Part shown: positions 32,293 through 40,168 of the stretch, piece after piece
Layout of the letters: each line of letters opens with the position of its first letter
Numbering within the stretch: position 1 is the first letter of the stretch
Assembly (NCBI GenBank): GCA_964651335.1
Contig: CAZYVT010000001.1
Coordinates: 42,171-106,170, forward strand
Origin: an uncultured Enterobacteriaceae bacterium
Lineage (GTDB): Bacteria; Pseudomonadota; Gammaproteobacteria; Burkholderiales; SG8-39
Direction: 5' to 3'
Length of the DNA stretch: 64,000 nucleotides
Position numbers and translations under genes: made by a program
Notes under the pieces: model-generated
Told to the model about the DNA's origin: nothing
What the model saw: only the letters and a program-made list of their open reading frames with translations
The model's database searches: none

Positions 32293-33099
32293 ATGGCCGA
32301 TCGTTACGCGGTGATCGGCAATCCGGTCGCCCACTCGAAATCGCCCTGGATCCACGGCGAGTTTGCGCGTGCAACGGGGCAGGACATCGAGTACCTGCGC
32401 ATTGAGGCGCCGCTCGACGCGTTCGAGCGGACGGTGGATGAGTTCCGCGCCGCGCACGGCAGGGGCGCGAACGTCACGCTACCTTTCAAGGAGGTAGCGT
32501 TCCATTACTGCGCTGAGGTCACGCCGAGGGCGCGCGCGGCGCAGGCGGTCAACACGCTCCTCTTCGAGGGCGCGGGCGTGCGCGGCGACAACACCGACGG
32601 CGCAGGCTTGTTGCGCGATCTGACCGTGAACCTCGGGCGCGTGATCCGCGGCCAGAGGATTCTCCTGATGGGCGCGGGGGGCGCCGCGCGTGGCGTGCTC
32701 GCCCCGCTTGCCGAGGCCGGCGCGGCGCAGATCGTGGTCGCCAACCGCACCGTGGCGAAGGCGGCCGAACTGGTGCGGGGGTTCGCCGGCGCGCCCCTGC
32801 AGGCGTGCGGGTATCCGGCTCTTGCCGGGCGGGCATTTGACCTCGTGATCAATGCGACGTCCGCGGGACTAGATGGCGGGGCGCCGCTCCTGCCCGAAGG
32901 GCTTTTTTGCCCCGATGCGCTCGCGTACGAAATGGTCTACGGACGCGATACGCCGTTTCTTGCCTTTGCGCGCTTTTCCGGCGCCGAGACATGCGACGGC
33001 ACGGGGATGCTCGTCGAGCAGGCGGCGGATTCGTTTTTCCTGTGGCGCGGGGTGCGCCCGCAGACCGCTCCCGTGATCGCCGCGCTGCGCGCTCGCTGA
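32293..33099 (+). CDS. aroE: Shikimate dehydrogenase
   Basis: YAVIGNPVAHSKSPWIHG, NVTLPFK, GAGGAARG. 268 aa. Confidence 0.9.
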   Translation: MADRYAVIGNPVAHSKSPWIHGEFARATGQDIEYLRIEAPLDAFERTVDEFRAAHGRGANVTLPFKEVAFHYCAEVTPRARAAQAVNTLLFEGAGVRGDNTDGAGLLRDLTVNLGRVIRGQRILLMGAGGAARGVLAPLAEAGAAQIVVANRTVAKAAELVRGFAGAPLQACGYPALAGRAFDLVINATSAGLDGGAPLLPEGLFCPDALAYEMVYGRDTPFLAFARFSGAETCDGTGMLVEQAADSFFLWRGVRPQTAPVIAALRAR

Positions 33100-33109
33100 A
33101 CGGTCCCGA

Positions 33110-33829
33110 GTGACGAGCAGCGTGCTGCGCTTCGTCCGCATCGGCTGGAAGGTTTTTTGTTACGGCCTCGGCACGCTGGTGCTGGCCGTGGCCGGCGTAC
33201 AGGTCTGGTTCTATGCCCACGTGCTCTGGTGGAACACGCACGCACCTTCGTCGACCTCGTTCATGCAGGCGCGTCTGGAGCAGTTGCGCGAGAGCAACCC
33301 GAAGGCGAGCCTCAGGCAGCAGTGGGTCGGGTACGACCGGATCTCGCCGCATCTCAAGCGAGCCGTGATCGCAGCCGAAGACGCGAAATTCGTCGGCCAC
33401 GAGGGCTTCGACTGGGAAGCGATTCAGAAAGCAATCGAGAAAAACGAGAGACGGGGCAGGGTGGTGGCTGGCGCCTCCACCATCAGCCAGCAGCTAGCGA
33501 AAAACCTGTTTCTCTCGGGCGAGCGCTCCTGGCTGCGCAAGGGTGAGGAGGCGGCAATCACCTGGATGCTCGAGTCGGCGATGTCCAAGCACCGTATCCT
33601 GGAGCTGTACCTCAACGTTGCAGAGTGGGGCGAGGACGTATTCGGCGCCGAAGCAGCCGCGCGGCACCACTTCGGGGTACCGGCGGCGGCGCTGAGCGCT
33701 CAGCAGGCCGCGTGGCTTGCGGCGATCCTGCCCAGTCCGCAGCGCTACGAGCGCGGCCGGACCACGACCTACGTCGCGGGGCGTGTCGAGATCATTCTCG
33801 CTCGCATGAGGCTGGTCCGGATTCCATAG
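33110..33829 (+). CDS. mtgA: Monofunctional biosynthetic peptidoglycan transglycosylase
   Basis: GT51 motifs AEDAKFVGHEGFD, GASTISQQLAKN, RILELYLNVAEWG. 239 aa. Confidence 0.9.
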   Translation: MTSSVLRFVRIGWKVFCYGLGTLVLAVAGVQVWFYAHVLWWNTHAPSSTSFMQARLEQLRESNPKASLRQQWVGYDRISPHLKRAVIAAEDAKFVGHEGFDWEAIQKAIEKNERRGRVVAGASTISQQLAKNLFLSGERSWLRKGEEAAITWMLESAMSKHRILELYLNVAEWGEDVFGAEAAARHHFGVPAAALSAQQAAWLAAILPSPQRYERGRTTTYVAGRVEIILARMRLVRIP

Positions 33830-33859
33830 CGCGCCGCGCCTTCAGATAGACTTCGCCGC

Positions 33860-35023
33860 ATGTTACCGGTGGGGGGGGCGAGCGGGAGCATGGTGGCGAG
33901 GATCTTCGCCGTCATGGCGCTCGTGCTGGCGGCATTGGTCTCTTCGTGGATCGGGATCGACGCCGGGCAATACGGCCGGGAGACCGTAACCGAAGCCTTG
34001 CGCCTGGCGCGGCGTGTGCTCGATGCCCGTTCGCTCGCCAACGAGCTGGTGGCGCGGCAGGCGGAGTTCGCCCTGGAGGCGCTGCGCACCGAGGGCGCCG
34101 TCGCGGCGGCCCATGAATACCGCAGGTCCTTCGCAGAGTTGCGTCAGGCGCTCGAGGAAGTCGGGCGCTTTCCGCTGGAGCAACGGGAACGGACGCTTCT
34201 CGCCGCAGTGCACCGCCAGGTGGAATACTTCGACCAGGTCAATGGCGAGATCTCGGCGCTGATTCAACGCGGCACGCGCGCGGACGAGCTCGCTGCGAGT
34301 GCCAAAGTGCTCGAGATTGCGGTGCCGCTCGGCGACGACATCGCGGCGCGGATCCGGGCGCTCGGCGCGACCGCGGTGGAGCGCGCGGAACGCACGGCGG
34401 AGGAAGCGGGCGCGGCGGCCGAGCGTGCCCGTGTCCTGCTGGTTGCATTCGCCGGACTGTCGCTGCTGGTTGCGTTGCTGCTTGCGCATTCGCTGGGCGA
34501 CGCAATGGCCAAGAGTGCGGAACTGGTGCGCCAGCTCGCGGAGATCGCGCGCGTGGACGTGCTGACCGGCCTGCCGAACCGGCGCGCGTGGGACGAGGAA
34601 CTGGTCAAGGGTCTGCACCGGGCGCGGCGGACCGGGCTGCCCTGCGCCGTGGCCATGATCGACCTTGATCATTTCAAGCGCTTCAACGACACCTTCGGCC
34701 ACCGGCGGGGCGACGCGCTGTTGCGCGCCACTGCGCAGGCGCTTGCCGCGCGACTGCGCGCCGGTGACCTGATCGCTCGCTATGGCGGAGAGGAGTTTGC
34801 CGTATTGCTGCACGGCTGCGACGCCGGCAATGCAGTGAGATTCTTCGAGCGCCTGCATGGGGCGGCGCCGAAGGGGCAGACCTTTTCTGCAGGCGTCACG
34901 GAGAGCGACGGTCGCGAAGAGGACGGCGAGGTCGTGCAGCGCGCCGATGATGCGCTGTACCGCGCCAAGGCCGGAGGCCGGAACCGGACTGAAGTGAGCG
35001 AGCGCAGCGCAGCAACTGCATGA
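33860..35023 (+). CDS. Diguanylate cyclase (GGDEF) with an N-terminal membrane/sensor region
   Basis: Active site RYGGEEFAVLL preceded by an RxxD I-site (RAGD). Alternative in-frame start at 33890. Confidence 0.85.
   Translation: MLPVGGASGSMVARIFAVMALVLAALVSSWIGIDAGQYGRETVTEALRLARRVLDARSLANELVARQAEFALEALRTEGAVAAAHEYRRSFAELRQALEEVGRFPLEQRERTLLAAVHRQVEYFDQVNGEISALIQRGTRADELAASAKVLEIAVPLGDDIAARIRALGATAVERAERTAEEAGAAAERARVLLVAFAGLSLLVALLLAHSLGDAMAKSAELVRQLAEIARVDVLTGLPNRRAWDEELVKGLHRARRTGLPCAVAMIDLDHFKRFNDTFGHRRGDALLRATAQALAARLRAGDLIARYGGEEFAVLLHGCDAGNAVRFFERLHGAAPKGQTFSAGVTESDGREEDGEVVQRADDALYRAKAGGRNRTEVSERSAATA
33871..33878. repeat. G8 homopolymer at codons 4-7 of the GGDEF gene (or in its 5' UTR if the 33890 start is used)
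   Basis: Read directly: ggt gggggggg cg. Confidence 0.9.
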
Positions 35024-36462
35024 CCGAGCGGCCGACACGGCTGGAAGTCGAGGACCTGCAGCGGAACCTGCGTGATGTGCAGGAACTGTTGCGCCGGCAC
35101 ACGCTTGCAGAGGGTCTGGCCGGCCGCGAGGACCTGCTGCTGATCGATTCGGCCGGGAAGCCGGGCGACTTGCAGTACCTCACCGAGCTGCGTGCAAAGC
35201 TTGAAAGGCTCCATCCGGCAGATATCGCGACGATCCTGGAAGCCCTGCCGCTGAAGGAGCGGCTCGTGGTCTGGGATCTGGTCAAGGCCGACCGCGACGG
35301 CGAGATCCTGCTCGAGGTTTTGGATGCGGTGCGCGAGTCACTCATTGCGAGCATGGACTCGAGAGAGCTCGTCGCCGCGGCCGAGTCGCTGGAGGCAGAC
35401 GAGATCGCCGATCTTGCGCCCGACCTGCCCGAGCAGGTCATGCAGGACGTCATCCGCGCGCTTCCGCAGGAAGAGCGCGAGCAGCTGCGCGCGGCAATGT
35501 CCTATGAGGAAGGGTCCGTTGGCGCACTCATGGACTTCGATCAGGTCATCGTACGCGAGGACGTCACGCTGGAAGCGGTGACGCGCTATCTTCGGGCGCT
35601 CGACGAGCTTCCGGGTTACACCGACCAGCTCTTCGTAGTGGATCGCGAGCAGCGGCTCCGGGGCACGCTGCCGCTCGCCCGGCTGATCGTCTCGGACCTG
35701 GCCCTGGCGGTCGCCCAGGTCATGGTGCCGGAACGCGTCAAGCTGCATCCGGAGGACCGCGCCGAGGACGCGGCGCAGGCGTTCGAGCGCTACGACCTGG
35801 TGTCAGCGCCGGTGGCAGACCATTTTGGCCACCTGATCGGCAGGGTTACGGTGACCGCCGTGGTGGACTATGTCCGCGAGAAGAGTGCAGAGACACAGCT
35901 CGCCGAGGCAGGCCTGCGCCAGGAAGAGGACATTTTCGCGCCGGTTTGGAACAGTTTCAGAAACCGCTGGTCCTGGCTGGCCGTCAACCTGGTCACCGCT
36001 TTCATCGCGTCGCGGGTGATCGGCGCGTTCGAGGGCTCAATCGAAAAGCTGGTGGCGCTCGCGGCGCTGATGCCCATCGTAGCCGGCATCGGCGGCAACT
36101 CGGGCAACCAGACGACCACCATGATCGTGCGTGCGCTCGCGCTGGGCCAGATCCAGGAGCTGTACTGGAAGAAGCTGTTTGCCAAGGAGTTGGGCTTGGC
36201 GACGATGAATGGCGTGCTCTGGGGGTCGCTGCTCGGCGTGGTGGCCTACACGCTCTACGGCAATGTCGCGCTCGGCGGCGTGATGGCTCTGGCGATGGTG
36301 CTCACGCTGCTGCTTGCCGCGCTGATGGGAGTGGCAATTCCCTACCTGCGCGCGCGCTTCGGCCGCGACCCCGCGGTCGGGTCCTCGGTGCTGATTACCG
36401 CGTGCACCGACTCCGGCGGGTTTTTCATCTTCCTAGGGTTGGCGACGCTGTTTTTGCTTTGA
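35020..36462 (+). CDS. mgtE: Magnesium transporter MgtE
   Basis: MgtE N-domain, tandem CBS domains, and a TM domain with GIGGNSGNQ and TDSGGFFIFLG. ATGA overlap with the upstream gene. Confidence 0.9.
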   Translation: MTERPTRLEVEDLQRNLRDVQELLRRHTLAEGLAGREDLLLIDSAGKPGDLQYLTELRAKLERLHPADIATILEALPLKERLVVWDLVKADRDGEILLEVLDAVRESLIASMDSRELVAAAESLEADEIADLAPDLPEQVMQDVIRALPQEEREQLRAAMSYEEGSVGALMDFDQVIVREDVTLEAVTRYLRALDELPGYTDQLFVVDREQRLRGTLPLARLIVSDLALAVAQVMVPERVKLHPEDRAEDAAQAFERYDLVSAPVADHFGHLIGRVTVTAVVDYVREKSAETQLAEAGLRQEEDIFAPVWNSFRNRWSWLAVNLVTAFIASRVIGAFEGSIEKLVALAALMPIVAGIGGNSGNQTTTMIVRALALGQIQELYWKKLFAKELGLATMNGVLWGSLLGVVAYTLYGNVALGGVMALAMVLTLLLAALMGVAIPYLRARFGRDPAVGSSVLITACTDSGGFFIFLGLATLFLL

Positions 36463-36799
36463 CGCATGGATTCCGTGGCAGTGGCGTGAAGGGATAGACT
36501 ACCGCGAGAAAATGACCCGGTGAAAGTGCCATTCGCACGGGACGAGGATCAAAGACGCGCAGCAATCAGGATAGAAGTTCCTTCTATGAAGGTCCTCCGC
36601 GTGTCAAGCCTCCGGCGGCGGGTTTCGGGTTTACGGTGTTCTCTTCATTTTCGTTCCTTCAAGCAGCCTTCGCGTTGGTTGGCCCGGTTCACTCGTGAGT
36701 GCGAGCGCGATTCGCTCGTCACCACCTTCTATCCGTGTCGGCACTCGTTGCCGATCACCCGATGCTGTATGCGCCCCAAGCGGGCAAGACGAACCGGTT

Positions 36800-38170
36800 G
36801 CGGACGAAACGCCCCATCTATCAGGACGGTCGCGCTCAGCGCGCGACCCAGGAAATTCACGGGCGCCTCGACCAACCTTCAACGCTGCAGCCTCCTATCG
36901 TCGATGGACTGGATTTTGTCGTTACAGCGTTGCAGGGATGAGCCGTGCGCCCTCGGGGATCACACCATCCTCGAGGTAGCGCCACAGCGCGATCAACAAT
37001 CGCCGCGCCAGGGCAACGATGCCGATGCGGCGCATGCGCGCGCCGGCGCCGGCGAAGCGCGTCTGATACCACTGGGTCAGCGCGCTCTTTGGCTGGAAGC
37101 GTAACCACAGCCAAGCGATCTCCACGATCATGGCCCGCACCCGGCGATTGCCCGCCTTGCTGATGCCCTGGTCGCGCTCACTGTCACCGCTGTTATAGGG
37201 CGTGCCCACCAAGCCGGCGAGGGCAGCCACTTCGCGCCGGTTGCGAAAGGCTCGCCAGGCGAAGAACTCCATCACCAGGAGCCAGGCGCTCGCCGGGCCG
37301 ATCGCCCCCAGGCGCATCAGATGAACGATCCTGCGCTCGGCGTCGGTTCGAGGGCTCTGCAGCCGCTCGCGACGTTTGGCCTCAAGCGCCCCGATCTGGC
37401 GCTCGACGAGTGCAAGGCGCTCCGCCTCGCGCTCAAGCTCCGCCTTCAGCTCCACGGGCAACGAATGGCCATCCCAGAGCGCGAGGCTGCCAAGCCGCAG
37501 CCGAAGCGCGCTCTTGATGGTGAGCCGTACGCCCTGCGTCACCAGCAAGGACTGTATACGAAGCCGATGCGCGAGCCGCTCGCGCTTCAGGCGCTCCAAC
37601 TCCCGGTGAAGGTGCCTGGCGTCTTCTTCCTCCACGCTTGGCACGCGCACCACGCTCCAGCCGCCGCGCTCGCCCGTGTGATGCCGAATGAGCTTCGCGA
37701 GCAGGCGCTCGCCGTCGAGCCGATCGGTCTTCACGTGGCGAAGCCTCCTGCTCACCTCGATACTGGCAGCGTCCACGACCTGATTCTCGACGCCGACGCT
37801 TACCAAGTGCCGATGCAGCCAAAAGCCGTCGCGGCCCGCTTCGTAACAGCTCATCACCCGGGCCGAGCCGGGCAGCTTGAATCGCTCCTTGGCCTTCGCC
37901 ACTACCTCGGCGAGCTTCATCAGGTCTGCCGCAGGCACCACCACCTGGCGGCGCTTGACGCCGTCGCCAAACGCAAGCCTCCAACTGGTGTTACTCAGTT
38001 CCAGCGCCATGTACAACACCGGCACCGATGCGCTACCTTCCGTTCCATGGGTCGCGGGGTTCATCTTCTGGTCTCCTTGTCTTCAAGGGTTGAGAAAGCC
38101 ACCAGAGGTTAACCACTGCGGCCCTACATAGGATCTATCCGTTGCGTGAAATGCTCCGGCGCCCTCAGAA
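36800..38170 (-). mobile_element. IS110-family insertion sequence (ends not determinable from this window)
   Basis: Contains the transposase CDS 36922..38064. IS110 elements usually lack clear terminal inverted repeats and I could not find any. Confidence 0.4.
36922..38064 (-). CDS. IS110-family transposase
   Basis: 380 aa with an N-terminal DEDD-type domain (ALELSNTSWRLAF, CYEAGRDGFWLHR, KTDRLDGERL). C-terminal transposase_20-type region (LMRLGAIGPASAWLLVMEF, LAGLVGTPYNSGDSERDQGISKAGNRRVR). Confidence 0.85.
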   Translation of the reverse strand: MNPATHGTEGSASVPVLYMALELSNTSWRLAFGDGVKRRQVVVPAADLMKLAEVVAKAKERFKLPGSARVMSCYEAGRDGFWLHRHLVSVGVENQVVDAASIEVSRRLRHVKTDRLDGERLLAKLIRHHTGERGGWSVVRVPSVEEEDARHLHRELERLKRERLAHRLRIQSLLVTQGVRLTIKSALRLRLGSLALWDGHSLPVELKAELEREAERLALVERQIGALEAKRRERLQSPRTDAERRIVHLMRLGAIGPASAWLLVMEFFAWRAFRNRREVAALAGLVGTPYNSGDSERDQGISKAGNRRVRAMIVEIAWLWLRFQPKSALTQWYQTRFAGAGARMRRIGIVALARRLLIALWRYLEDGVIPEGARLIPATL

Positions 38171-38185
38171 CACATCCCGACCCTT

Positions 38186-40166
38186 ATGCTATTTTTTGTC
38201 CGACTCATCGATCTTAGCGTTATCGAAGGCCTCGATCTAATTCGAGGGTCAAATGTCGAAATTATCGAGCGGGTTCGCCAGGTCTTCGACTTCCTTCCCA
38301 AAGAAACAAGAATTGAAGTGGCAGATGGGATCGTAACTATCGACATCCCAGATTCAGCTATTCACGACAAATCCGAAGCTGACCGTTTGCACACAAAGGC
38401 CACCCAGCGAGCCAAGCAGGGAGACTATCGAAAAGCGATAGGAATCTGGGAGCGTGTCATCGAACTTGACCCGGCGAACGTTGCGGCAAGAAGAAACTTA
38501 GGGATGGCTTACATGGAATTGCAGGAGACCGATAAAGCCAGAGAAAATCTGGTCGAAGCGGCGGTTCTTGATCCCAAGGATGCCTGGTCATTCGTGGTCT
38601 TGGGCAACATTCTGGCCAAAGAAAACGATTGGGGGGGGGGGAGAGCGTTTTCTTAAGCAAGCGCTCGAGCTAAAGCCGGAAGATGGCTGGGCCATGAATT
38701 CGCTTGGTGCTATCTGCACCGAGCGCCACAAGTACGAAGATGCAATCGCTTGGTTCGAGAAATCAATCCGCTCGAATCCCAAGTTCGCCAACGCTTACTA
38801 CGGCCGCGCCCACGCATTGGTCGGCATGGGCAGGCCGGAAGCAGCATTAGCGTCTATCGAGGAGCTTTTTCAAAAGGCCGAGCGGCAAGATGCGCGGTCA
38901 GAGTCAGTTTTTGGGGCGGCGCGCGAAACCTACTGGGAGACGGCCAAGGCGATCGCCAATATCAACAAGGAAAAAGCTGCCAAAGCCCTGGAAGTGTACG
39001 AGGAACATGTCGAGGATCTATCGGGCTATCCGGTGAAGGAAGAGCGGCATGAATTGGCAGCCATGATCGCCGGGCAAACACAAATGGCGTGGAAAAAGAA
39101 CCGCGATCACCACGTCCTTGCTATTCGCCCCGTCTATCCAGAACCTCTCTGGCAGCACGTCAAGGCGCACGAACTTACGCACATTGCCCTGGAAGCGGAA
39201 GCACGCGCGCTTGGCCGGAACAAGTGGTTCGGTACGACCGCCATCACCCGCGAGCGTGCAATCCACTCGATGGCGGCGGATATCAAAAAGCTCGAACGCA
39301 AGGGGCTCAATAACAAACACACCGCCGACCTAATGGTGGAACTACTCAATGGCGCATGTGGCTTTGTCTTCAATGCGCCGCTCGACATGATGATCGAGGA
39401 GCGCATTCGGGAGCGTCTCCCGGATTTGCGTTACAACCAGCTATGCTCCTTGGTTCAGTTGGCGAAGGAGGCGGAGAGCGTCTCGACAAACAAAGACGCG
39501 AGAGAGTTGACGCCAGGGCGAATCCTGCGTGTCAATGATGCCCTCAATGGAGCAATGGCGCTTTGGTTAAATGATTTCTCTGGGGGAATCGGCGATTTTG
39601 TGCAGAGCTACCGGAAGTTTGATGCGTTCCCGATAGCCCAGAAAATCTACCAGCATTTTCAAGCGCGCAATAAGGGCACGCTCAAACCGGGCGACGAATA
39701 CACGCTCGTCGACGATTTCGCGGAGATGCTTGGCGTCCGTGATTGGTACCAGTGGATCGATGACCCGGGTGTTGCGCCACAGACCGCGAGGAAGCAAGCG
39801 GCCGCGACAGACGATCAGCCGCAAGGAACTACAAACCCAGAGTTGCTGCGATCCAAGGACATGGCATCAACCATGTATCTATTGGCTGCGCTTGAGCGAT
39901 TCGAGAAACTCCCTGCGACCAAGGTCAAACAGATCGCGCTTGAAATCGCCGTACTCGGCATGAGTGGCTTGGACTACGCCGCATCGGAGAAAAAGTACAG
40001 ACTGAATGCTTTACCAGGAGAGGAATTCTCTGGTCTCGAAGTGATGTGCCTAATGCATGCTGGGCTTCGGCAAGTTGAACCTGGTATGGATACCGGAATG
40101 GATCTCGACGAGCCCTTTTCCACGGCCAAGAAACTTTTTGCGGCGAGAAGCGGAAAGGCTGGATAG
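38186..40166 (+). CDS. TPR-repeat protein with a C-terminal HExxH region, split by a frameshift in a G11 tract (ORFs 38186..38656 and 38568..40166)
   Basis: ORF1 ends ..NILAKENDWGGGRAFS*. The +1 frame continues GGGGERFLKQALELKPEDGWAMNSLG.., so a TPR repeat runs across the junction. G10 or G13 would give one 659/660-aa ORF. HELTH at 39168-39182. Confidence 0.65.
38631..38641. repeat. G11 homopolymeric tract inside the TPR/HExxH gene
   Basis: Read directly: gatt ggggggggggg agagcg. It is the exact point where the two reading frames switch. Confidence 0.95.
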
Positions 40167-40168
40167 TT

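Noticed and set aside
34900-35020. Mg2+-sensing M-box leader before mgtE.
   Set aside because: mgtE overlaps the stop of the upstream GGDEF gene (ATGA), so there is no leader region at all.
36463-36921. A tRNA gene, integrase fragment or att-type direct repeat at the island edges, and ORF 36520..37104 as a gene.
   Set aside because: No cloverleaf-like sequence or integrase motif was seen. I could not find matching repeats between 36463-36560 and 43341-43377 by eye. The ORF is Arg/Cys/Ser-rich, has no motifs, and runs antisense into the transposase gene.
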